Counted from the stretch's first letter, positions 29,326 to 39,751 are shown. The stretch is 64,000 bases of DNA from an uncultured virus (IMG/VR IMGVR_UViG_3300027785_000021) (IMGVR_UViG_3300027785_000021:1-64000); one strand, 5' to 3'. The notes: generated from the letters alone by a model not told the origin. Made by a program: numbers and translations.

Positions 29326-30147
29326 TTAAGAAGCGGATGTCATAGTCAAGTGTTGTAATTCATGTTCATCAGGAAATACTTCTTCAAAATCAGAATCTGA
29401 TAATTCATCTATTGGACAATCATCAAGATTAAACATTGTTGAAAATACTTCATGTACTTTAACTTGGTGATCCAACCAATCTGATGGATGTGAGTCTTTC
29501 AAAGACAATGTAATATGATTATAGAAAGCCCATGCAGAATCAGTATCAACCTTGTAGTCAAAAGAAGGTTTACTAAACTCTTTCTTTATGTTATTGAGTT
29601 GCATAGTATTAATCACATCTTTTCTCATGAACAATTCACCTAGAATATCATGTTGTGCAGTGGTGCTTAATAATATTTCTTTCATAGAGTCTTTGTGTTG
29701 AACCAAAGAGTCCCAGTATTCACCAGCATTATTAATGTATTCACTAATAATACCTTCTGCTAAAAGATCTGCTGCACCTTTGTGCACGCGTTTGTATTTG
29801 CCAAATTTGCTGTTGTTCAGCATCATACCATTCATACAAACTTTTACAAGACCACCTAAATTGAATCTAAATGCTAATTGTTTGTTGTAGGAATTGGTAA
29901 AATTAGCAGACAGCTCTATGTCTGAATCTGCTTTGTAATTTAATCTCAACGTACCTAGAGCAATTTGCCCATCATTAGTACACCTGTAGTCTTCTCCAGT
30001 GATAATAAAACCAGCACTGGTTATTTCACTTCTCACACGATTAATCACACTTGCATGTGATATAGGAGTGTAAGTATCTGTTTTCTCTGGCAATGCAGTA
30101 GATAAGATTTTTGCATAGGCATCCATGCCACTTACTGTTCTTTTCAT
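29326..30147 (-). CDS. DUF932-like protein
   Basis: TYTPISH, NSYNKQLA..F..G....VCMNGM, KRVHKG, SAWAFYNHIT..K match my recollection of DUF932 family motifs. Confidence 0.7.
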   Translation of the reverse strand: MKRTVSGMDAYAKILSTALPEKTDTYTPISHASVINRVRSEITSAGFIITGEDYRCTNDGQIALGTLRLNYKADSDIELSANFTNSYNKQLAFRFNLGGLVKVCMNGMMLNNSKFGKYKRVHKGAADLLAEGIISEYINNAGEYWDSLVQHKDSMKEILLSTTAQHDILGELFMRKDVINTMQLNNIKKEFSKPSFDYKVDTDSAWAFYNHITLSLKDSHPSDWLDHQVKVHEVFSTMFNLDDCPIDELSDSDFEEVFPDEHELQHLTMTSAS

Positions 30148-32129
30148 AATTCTAATTTTAACTGTTGATATAAATTTGTAGGAATAACTTCTGACTCACT
30201 CTCAATCTTTTTGATTTCATCATAAATTTTGTTTAGATAATATTTATCATCTATGTTGTAATCTTCCCAAGCACGCATTTCTGCTTTGTTGAAAATAGTT
30301 TGATGTATTGGGCCACTTTCTAATTGTATTTGTCTTCCATCTGGATGACACTTGACAATCTTTGTACCTTTAGTAGATACAAAGTATCTGACAAGCTTTT
30401 GAAGTTTGCGTTCATAATATTCGCCAGCTTCAATGCCTTTTTCAATAAAAAACCAGTTGCCTTTTATTTTGGAACCAGTACAATAGTCAAATATGTTCTT
30501 GTTGCTTTGAACATAATCTTTGGGATCAACACCATTCACAAAATACTCATACCAAGCTTTTGGTATTATTAAGTTAGACTTGTTCTTGTGTAAAGGAAGT
30601 TCTTGAAATTCAAATCTACCTTTACATTTTGTCTTACCATCATCATAAATTGCAATGTAATTGTTGACGTCACCAATAATCATTTTTTGATAATCAACAG
30701 ATTCAAGTTGTAGTTGAGTCATATCTTCCCACTCTTTGCAAATCTCAAAGAAATAGGCTTCATCTTTTTCATCTATCACAAACTCTAAACCATCTGTATT
30801 TTGCATCAGAGGTTGTGAGTTAGGAATTCTTGTAGTAACCATTTCATACAGCATAGATAAAAGCAGCTGACCATTTACAGTAATCCTAAAAGTTAACTCT
30901 GGATCATATAAAAATGAATACTTGCTCTTACTTAAACCATAAGTAGAATTTAATATAATCTTGAAAAGATAATTTAAAGGATCTGACTTTGGATACTTCT
31001 TTCTTTCTTCAAAAAACCATTCATACAACTCACAGAAATCATCTTTTGGTATTTGTGCAGGAGACCATCCATTCTTGATAGCAAGATTAGGATAAAAACT
31101 TGTAACATCTACACTGACAATCTTTCTGCCAAGTTCTGGTTTATAAATGCCAGGTTTAATACAACCATGAATGCCACCTAGTGCATATACAGTATTGACA
31201 CCCTTGTGCAGCATGTTATAACTTGGTCCTTTTTTCTTGAGTTCTTCATCACCACCATCAAGAATTGTTGTATCTACAACTAGATTTTTAAACCAGTTAT
31301 GTACACCAATAAAGTCATGAGTTTCAAACTTTACACATGGCAAAATGATATCGCGTATAACAACGTTTTTACGATATGTCCTCATGTCTCTAATTTGTTT
31401 TTTATCAAGACCTAGCTTCTCAGAAAGAAAATGAAGAAATATTTCCTTGGAAATCCTTGGCTCACTAGCAGAATATAAATTGACATTATAAGTTTCACTA
31501 AGTTTAGCACGCAGATTAATCTGTGATACCATAACTCTTGTACCCTTAGAATCTTTCATATTGAATATTGCCTTGGTAGATTTAACATCATTAATACAGT
31601 AGTCAACTACCATATCTAATGTTTCTCTATTCATAACTCTCTCATAATGAGGGTGTGGCATTTCTTCAACATTGTGCCAGTCCATACTAAACTGTGTCCA
31701 TTTTAAAGATGTACGCTTGGCGTTACTATCCCAATGATTAAGTTTATATATATCAACACATTTAATTGAAAGTTTGAATTCTGGATAATCAACAAACTCA
31801 TTTCTATCAGATTTACCAATTACATACTGAGCATATTCATATATTCTATCTGCAAGAGATTCACCATCTGCACTTGGATGTAAAAACTCATCTTTGTTTT
31901 CTAGTATAAACTCAGTAATCTGAGCATCAAACGCAAGATTATTATATCCAAAATGCCAATCCTTAGATTTTCGTGATTCAATGAGAAACTTAATAAACTT
32001 TGCAGCATCATTTTGGTGTTTGTCAATAATAAAAACTTTTCGTTCATCTTTATTATATGGTTCAAACACTGCAACAAAACAATTCACAATGGTTTCATAA
32101 TCCATTACCCAGAATTCTCTTTCTCTCAT
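30144..32129 (-). CDS. polB: Family B DNA polymerase with 3'-5' exonuclease
   Basis: ExoI DYET, ExoII GYNNLAFD, ExoIII YCINDV; motif A SVDVTSFYPN, motif B KIILNSTYG, motif C QNTDG. Confidence 0.92.
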   Translation of the reverse strand: MREREFWVMDYETIVNCFVAVFEPYNKDERKVFIIDKHQNDAAKFIKFLIESRKSKDWHFGYNNLAFDAQITEFILENKDEFLHPSADGESLADRIYEYAQYVIGKSDRNEFVDYPEFKLSIKCVDIYKLNHWDSNAKRTSLKWTQFSMDWHNVEEMPHPHYERVMNRETLDMVVDYCINDVKSTKAIFNMKDSKGTRVMVSQINLRAKLSETYNVNLYSASEPRISKEIFLHFLSEKLGLDKKQIRDMRTYRKNVVIRDIILPCVKFETHDFIGVHNWFKNLVVDTTILDGGDEELKKKGPSYNMLHKGVNTVYALGGIHGCIKPGIYKPELGRKIVSVDVTSFYPNLAIKNGWSPAQIPKDDFCELYEWFFEERKKYPKSDPLNYLFKIILNSTYGLSKSKYSFLYDPELTFRITVNGQLLLSMLYEMVTTRIPNSQPLMQNTDGLEFVIDEKDEAYFFEICKEWEDMTQLQLESVDYQKMIIGDVNNYIAIYDDGKTKCKGRFEFQELPLHKNKSNLIIPKAWYEYFVNGVDPKDYVQSNKNIFDYCTGSKIKGNWFFIEKGIEAGEYYERKLQKLVRYFVSTKGTKIVKCHPDGRQIQLESGPIHQTIFNKAEMRAWEDYNIDDKYYLNKIYDEIKKIESESEVIPTNLYQQLKLEL

Positions 32130-32578
32130 TATTTTTGTTCTTTGGATTTTTTGATTTTCTCAACAATTTCTTTTTTACCTTCTTCAGTAAACATGTCACC
32201 TAATTCAAATGCTGAGTGAAGAACATCACTAAACACTTTTGAATCATCATTAATTGCAAATCTTTTTACAAATGCAACAATGTCATTGATGTCTTCTAAA
32301 TAATATTCATAGTACGCAGGAATAATCACGCGTTGTTCTTGCCATCCTTGATTTCCATCAGCACGTTTTGTAGGAACAATGTCACCTTTTTCTGTAAGGC
32401 GAGGCATCATCATTGGTTTCTCTTTAATATCTTTTGAGATAATAGCAAGAACCTTTTGCTCAGGATCAAATATTGCCTCATTATAAGGACAATCTTTGTC
32501 AACAGGCATCATACGAAATGTTGGTTTATCATTCCATTTAGTAGAATACACTACCATATTTTTAACACTAGAGTTCAT
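32129..32578 (-). CDS. Hypothetical protein
   Basis: 149 aa, translationally coupled to polB. Confidence 0.7.
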   Translation of the reverse strand: MNSSVKNMVVYSTKWNDKPTFRMMPVDKDCPYNEAIFDPEQKVLAIISKDIKEKPMMMPRLTEKGDIVPTKRADGNQGWQEQRVIIPAYYEYYLEDINDIVAFVKRFAINDDSKVFSDVLHSAFELGDMFTEEGKKEIVEKIKKSKEQK

Positions 32579-32596
32579 ATTACTTGATTTTTAAAA

Positions 32597-33124
32597 TTAC
32601 AATTTGTACGTTTCTTTTTCTTTATTGTATTTGTCACAAAGTTCACCAACTTCTTGTAGCGTTGCTACATCAATTAGCAGCATTTCTGCATAGTCTTTGA
32701 AATACTTTTTAGGAAATATAAATGATTCTACATAAGCCCATTCAGGAGTATGTATACCATAATAGTCAGATAAATGCCTTTTGGCGTTTTGCGAAAACTT
32801 AGAATATTTACCTTGGATAAATAAATCATAGTCATACGCGCTTGGGTTCATGTCAAATATGTAAGCAACTCTACCATCGCAAAGTGGTACTACATAATCT
32901 AACAGGGTGTGTGTCATTAATTTGTTTTTTTCAAACGTTAACCACTGATCAGTATCTTCCTTTTGATAAATGCAAACAAGTTTGCGCTCATCATCTGGAA
33001 ACTCCTCTGGCCAATGCACATAAACCTGCACTGGCCTTGGATCTCTTGTACGCTTGAAACCAAGCAGAGGATACAAAAAAGTATAAGACTTTTGAAAATA
33101 CTGCTTATACATTTGTTTTATCAT
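32597..33124 (-). CDS. Hypothetical protein
   Basis: 175 aa in the replication operon. Confidence 0.7.
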   Translation of the reverse strand: MIKQMYKQYFQKSYTFLYPLLGFKRTRDPRPVQVYVHWPEEFPDDERKLVCIYQKEDTDQWLTFEKNKLMTHTLLDYVVPLCDGRVAYIFDMNPSAYDYDLFIQGKYSKFSQNAKRHLSDYYGIHTPEWAYVESFIFPKKYFKDYAEMLLIDVATLQEVGELCDKYNKEKETYKL

Positions 33125-34164
33125 AATACTAATTCATTATTGTTAACAATAAACTTGTAAGGTAACTCAAAGTTCTTTGTTTCAAAGTGATACTTTGCCT
33201 CATCAAGCATTTTGTCAGTTTCCTCTTCCCATTTGGCAAGAGTTTCATCAGAAATTCTGATAGGAGCAATTTGCATAAATGGATCTACTACCAAGAATCT
33301 AAAAGTAATCTTATACCCTAAATACTTTGGCTGAGATGTATACACATGCTCTACTAATTTCTTGTAAATAGATGCTTGTATCCAGTATTTAAAATACTCT
33401 ATACTATCAGTAAATTGTGAAATAGATTTACCTGTTTTCTTCAGGTCATTTACACGAATTTCTTTAGCAGCATGATCTACTACAAGATTGTCAATAATGC
33501 CACGCAGGCCAAAATATGGATTGTCTGCAAATTTCACCAACTGAATCTCATTGTGTTTTTCAACAGGTGAGAAAGAATCTGCAAAAAAGCCCATCACATC
33601 CATAACTGAAACAGTTGATGTAATTTTCTCTACTACAGATTTACAGAAGTTATAAACTTCTTGATCAATGACAACACGTCCTTCTGCTTTTTTCAAATAG
33701 TCCCAATAAGCATTATGCTTTGTGTTAATCATTTTCTCTACTCTCTGTGCATCTGTTTTAAGAGATTGATACAGATTTATATCTTTTAAAACATCAAGTA
33801 TTGCACCTGAAAATTCTTCAAGGTTTTCACGCGTATCACCATCTTTTGTTAATTCTTTATAATGATTAAAGACTGTGTGTAACACACTGCGTGGATTGTC
33901 ACTTGGTAGGTCCTCAACACATATAACAAATTGATTGTCAAAGTCTTCAGGTTTTAATAATAAACAATGAATAAGTGAACCTTCAATCATGTTTTTGTCT
34001 ATAACGTCTTCTTTTTGTCCTAAAACATAATGTTTATAAAATGCTGCTGGACTAAATAATAATTTATTTAAACCAGAATAAGACATCAAAAAGTCTTTGT
34101 CAAAAAATTCTTGCTCCTTCTGAATACGTTCAGAAAGAGGTACTTGTGCTACAAATTTTCCCAT
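33121..34164 (-). CDS. PD-(D/E)xK exonuclease (RecB/Cas4/RecE-like)
   Basis: MSYSGL, GSLIHCLLL, E..GLRGIIDNL...NDLKKTG, YWIQASIY. Confidence 0.8.
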   Translation of the reverse strand: MGKFVAQVPLSERIQKEQEFFDKDFLMSYSGLNKLLFSPAAFYKHYVLGQKEDVIDKNMIEGSLIHCLLLKPEDFDNQFVICVEDLPSDNPRSVLHTVFNHYKELTKDGDTRENLEEFSGAILDVLKDINLYQSLKTDAQRVEKMINTKHNAYWDYLKKAEGRVVIDQEVYNFCKSVVEKITSTVSVMDVMGFFADSFSPVEKHNEIQLVKFADNPYFGLRGIIDNLVVDHAAKEIRVNDLKKTGKSISQFTDSIEYFKYWIQASIYKKLVEHVYTSQPKYLGYKITFRFLVVDPFMQIAPIRISDETLAKWEEETDKMLDEAKYHFETKNFELPYKFIVNNNELVL

Positions 34165-34170
34165 AAATTT

Positions 34171-34632
34171 TTAATTAGAATTTTCCATATCTGATGGAAA
34201 GTATTTACCCATAATGTTGCCATTATAACTGTTTGCTGTTAACACATCATTTTTCATTTGATGTGAAATCTCACAGTATCCAAGGTATTTTTTGGAATAA
34301 CACACTTCTAGAATCTCACGTTTAAAATAAGATGGTCCTACAAGTTCAAGTTCAAACTTTAACTCTTCACAAGAACCATAATAAGATTTCCATGTTGATT
34401 CTTTTACTACACGCTTGAAAGTTTTTCTTGTCTTTGTCTGCGTTTTCTCTCTGATAGAGATCTTTGTCTTTCTTTCACTGTATAGACTTTTCTTACCTAT
34501 GTAAAATCTTCCAGTAATTGTGTTGGTTATCATATAGACAAATCCAACAGCTTCTTCAAAATTGGGAAAGTCTTCAATAGAAAGAACTTCCTTACCTAAT
34601 CCATTGTTAGGGTTATAAATCCAATTGCTCAT
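34171..34632 (-). CDS. GIY-YIG family endonuclease
   Basis: GFVYMITNTITGRFYIGKK, YYGS, FKREILE, E, YNGNI. Confidence 0.8.
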   Translation of the reverse strand: MSNWIYNPNNGLGKEVLSIEDFPNFEEAVGFVYMITNTITGRFYIGKKSLYSERKTKISIREKTQTKTRKTFKRVVKESTWKSYYGSCEELKFELELVGPSYFKREILEVCYSKKYLGYCEISHQMKNDVLTANSYNGNIMGKYFPSDMENSN

Positions 34633-34650
34633 AAATTTAATGTTAGTACA

Positions 34651-34658
34651 CAAATTTA
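34651..34658 (-). promoter_or_regulatory. Bacteroidota-type -7 promoter box TAAATTTG
   Basis: Matches TAnnTTTG, 18 nt upstream of the GIY-YIG ATG. Confidence 0.45.
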
Positions 34659-35660
34659 AGGATTTTTAGCGACATATTTTTCCATTGCATTTTGAAGTTT
34701 AGGATAAAAATCATGTAATGCAACATCTTTACCATGATATTTTATAATATCACTTATGTCTTTTTCTCTTGGCAAATAAATGAAAGGTAAACCATACGTT
34801 TCATCATAATATTTCATTGAGCTTACACCTGCTTGATCACTGTCCATGCAAACTATTACATGTTTATACAGTGATTTATACTTTTCAATTTGTAACAAAC
34901 TCAATTTTGTACTTTCACTGTTTGGTGCAACACAATCTATAGTTAAACCAAGACTTTTAATAGCCATTACATCTTTAAGTGATGATGCTATTACCAGTGT
35001 AGTATGATTTTCTAATTGATCAGTACCTTGAGTGTAATTACCATTTTGTAAAAAGAATTTAAACCTTTTACTTTTAGGATTATACACCTTGTAAAGACCA
35101 TCTTTGGAAAAATAACCATAAATGTTTGTACCAATATTCTCAATTTTACCTGACACTTCTCCAGATTCAGAATTTACTTGTCCTATTGTATAAGATTGAA
35201 GTGGTAACACATTATACTTTTGAAGCATACTGCTACCTATGTTATACTTTAACCAAAACTCTGCGTCATGTTTACACCACGATCTTGTTGTATGTTCTAC
35301 AACAGACCATTTAATATTAGACAGCGTCATTTCAACTTCTATGTATTTACCAGTTTTGCAAAATTCATAATAATCATTAACAATTTTCTCAGAAGCTTTA
35401 AGATATGAAAGTTCAAATAATTCTTGTACTAACTTTATTGCATCTCCAGATTTGCCAGTTGAATGGCATTTGTAAACAATTTTGTTTTGCTCTTTGCTAA
35501 AAAATAAAAACAACGAAGGTGTTTTGTCATTGACATTGAAAATACTTTTGACTCTAAGGGTTTTACCATCAAAGTCTTGTGATAGTCCAAGATAATATTT
35601 AAAAATCCAAGCATCTGGTATATCATTGGCTGAATTAAAAAACTTTCTACTTGAAAACAT
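34656..35660 (-). CDS. DnaG-like TOPRIM primase
   Basis: Degenerate Zn-binding domain (DKTPSL...YKCHSTGKSGD), IASSLKDVM, APNSE, CMDSDQAG, KDISD. Confidence 0.82.
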   Translation of the reverse strand: MFSSRKFFNSANDIPDAWIFKYYLGLSQDFDGKTLRVKSIFNVNDKTPSLFLFFSKEQNKIVYKCHSTGKSGDAIKLVQELFELSYLKASEKIVNDYYEFCKTGKYIEVEMTLSNIKWSVVEHTTRSWCKHDAEFWLKYNIGSSMLQKYNVLPLQSYTIGQVNSESGEVSGKIENIGTNIYGYFSKDGLYKVYNPKSKRFKFFLQNGNYTQGTDQLENHTTLVIASSLKDVMAIKSLGLTIDCVAPNSESTKLSLLQIEKYKSLYKHVIVCMDSDQAGVSSMKYYDETYGLPFIYLPREKDISDIIKYHGKDVALHDFYPKLQNAMEKYVAKNP

Positions 35661-35664
35661 ATTA

Positions 35665-35672
35665 CAAATCTA
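35665..35672 (-). promoter_or_regulatory. Bacteroidota-type -7 promoter box TAGATTTG
   Basis: TAnnTTTG 4 nt upstream of the primase ATG, just after a terminator-like hairpin. Confidence 0.5.
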
Positions 35673-35681
35673 TAAAAAAAG

Positions 35682-35710
35682 AAAAAGGGTAAGCATTGCG
35701 CTCACCCTCT
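35682..35710 (-). terminator. Putative terminator after the SSB-like gene
   Basis: Minus strand agggtgagc-gcaat-gcttaccct followed by a T-run. Confidence 0.6.
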
Positions 35711-35725
35711 TAACTTTTGAAATTA

Positions 35726-36508
35726 TTACTTACTGCTAAATGGTAACTCAATGTCACTCATTGGTGTATCACCAGGACTTGGAAAATCATCTGCAATAGA
35801 ATCTGTTTTAGGTTCAATGCCAGTAGTTGGCTCAAAAGATTGAACTTCTTCAGCAGGCTCCTCAGTAGCAGGTCTTTCTTTAGATAGAATAATATGAACT
35901 TCAGAGTTGTACTCTATCAAGTTCAACGCTTTTCTGTCATCATCTTCTAGTGCAGAGAATGGATATAAGCTTTTACGTGGCTCTGCTTTAGGTAAGAACA
36001 ATCTGTAATTTGGATTAGTGTATCCTTCATTAAAGTATTCTTTACCAGCAATTGTAAAGTAACCCCATAACTCTGGATCAATAAGATACTTACGTACCTC
36101 AGTAACATATTCTTCAATAGTTTCACCTTCAACGCCTTTTTCATTCATTGCTTGTAAAATACCCATTTGCTTTGCAAGGTGATTCATCCAATTATAGATC
36201 TGTTGATCTCTTTGAATTTGCTTACCTTCATATGTGTATGTGCTAAATGCATATTGTCCAGATTTGATAGTACCAACTTGACCTCTGTATTTTCCAAGGC
36301 TTGGATTATTTTTATCAAGATCTAAACCAGCAAAATCATCACCTCTGTCAACACCTTCAAGTTTGATTGCGACAAAGTATGCTTCTTTATCATAAGATGG
36401 AGCATCCAAATATATATCTACAATTCTGCAATAGTGTGTACCTGGTTGGATTATTTTTGAAATACCATTACCACCTGCTTTTTCTTTAAAATCACTAGAC
36501 TTAAACAT
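35726..36508 (-). CDS. Putative single-stranded DNA-binding protein
   Basis: IQPGTHYCRI start; acidic tail ending DIELPF; adjacent to the Sak4-like ATPase. Confidence 0.55.
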   Translation of the reverse strand: MFKSSDFKEKAGGNGISKIIQPGTHYCRIVDIYLDAPSYDKEAYFVAIKLEGVDRGDDFAGLDLDKNNPSLGKYRGQVGTIKSGQYAFSTYTYEGKQIQRDQQIYNWMNHLAKQMGILQAMNEKGVEGETIEEYVTEVRKYLIDPELWGYFTIAGKEYFNEGYTNPNYRLFLPKAEPRKSLYPFSALEDDDRKALNLIEYNSEVHIILSKERPATEEPAEEVQSFEPTTGIEPKTDSIADDFPSPGDTPMSDIELPFSSK

Positions 36509-36527
36509 AATTTTTTGTTTTTTAATA

Positions 36528-37304
36528 TTAATCAATATAAATTTTATCCCAGTTTGTTACAATATTGCCATCTTCTCCTGGTTCAGAGATAACAATTTCT
36601 TGATTTCTCAAGTGCTCAGGGCGTGCGCCACAAGCTATTTCGTCAGTTGTCATAAAACTAAGAATGTTCTTTTTACCTTTTCTGTAAATGTATCCAATAG
36701 CATCTGAATTAGATGTAGTAATACGCTTTAACTTACCTGTCAAATCAAGATCAAGTGAGTTAAACTCTGCACCATTTTTCTCTAGTAGAGTATCTTTGAT
36801 GTGACCAACAAAAATAACATGAGGTGCTAAGGTTTTGACATAGTTAAGAACTTTCTCAAAAGCTTGACGTAACCATGGGTATCCAGCACCATTTGGCATA
36901 TTTAAAATATTACCATACTGTGCTTTATGCTTGGTGAACCATTCTTTACCCATAAGAGTTTTAGAATATAGTTCTTCAGCATAAGGTACGCATAATGATT
37001 CAAGAGCAGTAATAGTATCTAGTGCAATGTACTTATAAGGCTTCTTTGCTTCCATGATCATGTTACCAATAGTAACAATATCAGCAATAGATCTTGCTTT
37101 AAGTTTTATTGCTTCAACATAATCAGTACCATCTTCTAAATCAATAATAAGACAATTATCAAGTTGTGATAACAAAGTTGTTTTACCAACCTTAGGCTTA
37201 CTAAATATTACAAGATTCTTTGGACTTTTCACTTCAGCTTTTAACTTCTGCATTGGAAGAACAAAACCTGTTGGCTTTGCTTCTGGTTCTTTACTTGTTG
37301 ACAT
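36528..37304 (-). CDS. AAA_24/Sak4-like ATPase (recombination)
   Basis: FSKPKVGKTT Walker A, LIIDLEDG, IALDTIT, IFVGH, SDAIGY. Confidence 0.8.
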   Translation of the reverse strand: MSTSKEPEAKPTGFVLPMQKLKAEVKSPKNLVIFSKPKVGKTTLLSQLDNCLIIDLEDGTDYVEAIKLKARSIADIVTIGNMIMEAKKPYKYIALDTITALESLCVPYAEELYSKTLMGKEWFTKHKAQYGNILNMPNGAGYPWLRQAFEKVLNYVKTLAPHVIFVGHIKDTLLEKNGAEFNSLDLDLTGKLKRITTSNSDAIGYIYRKGKKNILSFMTTDEIACGARPEHLRNQEIVISEPGEDGNIVTNWDKIYID

Positions 37305-37914
37305 ATGATTTTGATTGTTTAATTAAGTCATTTAACCATGTCTTATTTGACAATGGCACATTGTGTTTGATACAATAGTAGTCACGCATGGTCATTGCAC
37401 TGTAATGGGTATCTTCTTTCTCAGAATACATACCACCTGGCATTTCTTCTTCTTCATAACCAAAACTTGGTGCAGTTATAACTTCAGCATATCTTGCAGT
37501 TACTGATGTAGAATTAACTAATTCTAAATCAGACGATCTTACAGCATATGTTGTGTTAGTTTTACCATCACTAGACGTTTCTACTTCTACATACTTTGAA
37601 GGATTAAGTTTCCAGTTTGGATTATTAACCAATCTGTACAACTTTCTGTTTACGCGATCATAGTGTTCTTTATCCCAGTCAAACATTTCTACATAGAAAT
37701 CTTGACCAGAAGAGAGTTCACTACTCCAAAAACGCACACATTCTAATCTTGTTTCTCCAAACTCTTTACCCATGTAACAGAGTTTAGCACCAAACTTTGG
37801 ATTGGAGATACCCATGTTGGTAAAAAGGTTTTCCCAAAAAGGAGCATAATCCACAGTAAGCTCTTTAATACCTTTTTCTTTTTTTGTTTCTGTTGCAGCT
37901 TTAAAACTACTCAT
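37291..37914 (-). CDS. Hypothetical protein
   Basis: 207 aa in the replication operon; C-terminal MTMRDYYCI motif. Confidence 0.7.
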   Translation of the reverse strand: MSSFKAATETKKEKGIKELTVDYAPFWENLFTNMGISNPKFGAKLCYMGKEFGETRLECVRFWSSELSSGQDFYVEMFDWDKEHYDRVNRKLYRLVNNPNWKLNPSKYVEVETSSDGKTNTTYAVRSSDLELVNSTSVTARYAEVITAPSFGYEEEEMPGGMYSEKEDTHYSAMTMRDYYCIKHNVPLSNKTWLNDLIKQSKSYVNK

Positions 37915-37934
37915 TTGTTAAAATTTAATTATTA

Positions 37935-38954
37935 TTACTTTGGTTTAAATGGCTCCTTTGCAGGCTCATCTACTTCAACAATTTCCATTTTTGCATAATC
38001 TGCCTTATACCATTGAATACCTGTCTCTCCAAACCTGTTTTTGAGAACATGCATCGCTAGTAAATACTTGTCGCTTGCAGTAATGATATACTTTTGAGGG
38101 CCATACCTGCTTATATTATACTTGGCTGGCCTGTTATACGCAATCATCACGTCTGCACATTGTAAGAGATAGTCGCTTCCAAAAACATCTGCTTCAGTTG
38201 GAAAATTCTCCAACTTACCTGGCTTCTGTCTTTCAGCATTGTCAATGTCTCTATTTAACTGAGTAAGAATTATAAATGTCACAGGTAGTGAATTCTTCAT
38301 CTCAGTCAACATTGTGGCAAGATTTTGCAATGTAATTTGTTTACTTGTTTCTGAAGCTGCTTGGCGAACCAATAGCGTGTGGTCAAGTGTAACCACAAAA
38401 GGTTTTTTATGTTCCTCATAGAAGCTCACAATCCAATACCTCATTTCTGATACAGTCATTGATCTATCTATAACATATTCTTTACGTGTTTTTTGTTTAC
38501 CAAGGTATTCCACTAATTTTGCGTGATCGCCTTTGGAAAAAGGAGGCATACCATCATCTTCTGCAGACTGTAGATATCTAATATCCATATTGTTTGCAGA
38601 AGACATTTCTCTAATGCCCATATTTCTTCCTAGCATTTCAAATTGAAAATGCAAAACCATAAAATCTTGTTCAGTATTTAATTCTTGTAGATTTCTGGCC
38701 AATGTTGCTGCGACAAGTGTCTTACCAACACCAGGTCTTGCTGCAAGAATATACAATGATTGCCATTCAATACCATTAAGACCAATTTTATTAAAACCTT
38801 CCCATGAAGTTCTTAAAGATTTGATTTCTTTTCTGGCACGTTTCTCAATATAATCAAGGCTTTCTTGTAGTATATCACTATACTTACGCCATGGTTTTAC
38901 ATGAGATGGGGGTCCATGAGATGCTGAAGATCCAGCCTCTGGTTTGTTATACAT
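37935..38954 (-). CDS. dnaB: DnaB-like SF4 replicative helicase (RecA domain only)
   Basis: AARPGVGKT, FQFEM, TLDHTLL, LTQLNR, ADV, LKNRFGETG. Confidence 0.88.
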   Translation of the reverse strand: MYNKPEAGSSASHGPPSHVKPWRKYSDILQESLDYIEKRARKEIKSLRTSWEGFNKIGLNGIEWQSLYILAARPGVGKTLVAATLARNLQELNTEQDFMVLHFQFEMLGRNMGIREMSSANNMDIRYLQSAEDDGMPPFSKGDHAKLVEYLGKQKTRKEYVIDRSMTVSEMRYWIVSFYEEHKKPFVVTLDHTLLVRQAASETSKQITLQNLATMLTEMKNSLPVTFIILTQLNRDIDNAERQKPGKLENFPTEADVFGSDYLLQCADVMIAYNRPAKYNISRYGPQKYIITASDKYLLAMHVLKNRFGETGIQWYKADYAKMEIVEVDEPAKEPFKPK

Positions 38955-38974
38955 AAATAAATTTTTTTGATAAG

Positions 38975-38982
38975 CAAATATA
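38975..38982 (-). promoter_or_regulatory. Bacteroidota-type -7 promoter box TATATTTG
   Basis: TAnnTTTG 20 nt upstream of the dnaB ATG, in intergenic DNA. Confidence 0.55.
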
Positions 38983-38998
38983 ATAAAAATTTGTCAAA

Positions 38999-39742
38999 TT
39001 ACCATACAATTTGAGTAGAGTTTTGACTTTTAAGTTCAGAATTTATCTTGTTGAATATATCATTGCAGTCCCACATTTTCTCACGTGCATATGCAGCAGA
39101 GGCAGGGTGACTTGCTCTTAAGATAACTTGAGAATCATCTAAAAGATCCTCTAACTCTTGTGCTTTTTTACCTAAAAATGCCCAGACAATGGGTTTTTTT
39201 GCGTTTATAGACTTAGAATTTAACATGTCTATAAGATACTTTACAAATGGATCCCATATTGCAAAATGTTTTCCAATTTTACCAACCTCAGTGGTAAGTG
39301 ATGTGTTTAGCATAAGTATACCTTGGTTACTCCAAGTGGATAAATCTGTACTCAAATCTTTTGTATCGTCAGTACTGTATACTGTTTTTGTTATTGCGCG
39401 ATGTATATATCGCAAAGATGTTTCAGCTTTACCAGTGTTACCACAGCTAAAAGCAATACCATCTGCAACACCTAGTTGTGGATATGGATCTTGTCCAACC
39501 ATCACTACTTTTAATTTGTCAAATGGACATTCTGTAAATGCCCTGAACACCATTCTGAGAGGGGGTGTAAACCTTATGTCATCATTAACAAGCTCCTCAA
39601 GAGTCTTGACTATAGTAACAAAATCCTCAGATACTAAAAATCCTTTTAGCAAATCATGCCATCCTGAATCACTTGATTTAATCATGTTGTACAGTTTTTC
39701 TGCAACATCTTTAGCATTAAGTTTAATTGTTTGTTTTTCCAT
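38999..39742 (-). CDS. ung: Uracil-DNA glycosylase (family 1-like)
   Basis: KVVMVGQDPYP, ADGIAFS, QGILMLNTSLT, LGKKAQ, ASHPAS. Confidence 0.88.
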   Translation of the reverse strand: MEKQTIKLNAKDVAEKLYNMIKSSDSGWHDLLKGFLVSEDFVTIVKTLEELVNDDIRFTPPLRMVFRAFTECPFDKLKVVMVGQDPYPQLGVADGIAFSCGNTGKAETSLRYIHRAITKTVYSTDDTKDLSTDLSTWSNQGILMLNTSLTTEVGKIGKHFAIWDPFVKYLIDMLNSKSINAKKPIVWAFLGKKAQELEDLLDDSQVILRASHPASAAYAREKMWDCNDIFNKINSELKSQNSTQIVW

Positions 39743-39751
39743 AACTTTTAG

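Noticed and set aside
33121..34164. Cas4 / CRISPR system
   Set aside because: No Fe-S Cys cluster, no other cas genes, and no repeat-spacer array seen in the window
34171..34632. Group I intron around the GIY-YIG gene
   Set aside because: Flanking genes are complete and abut it within about 25 nt, leaving no room for intron core structure
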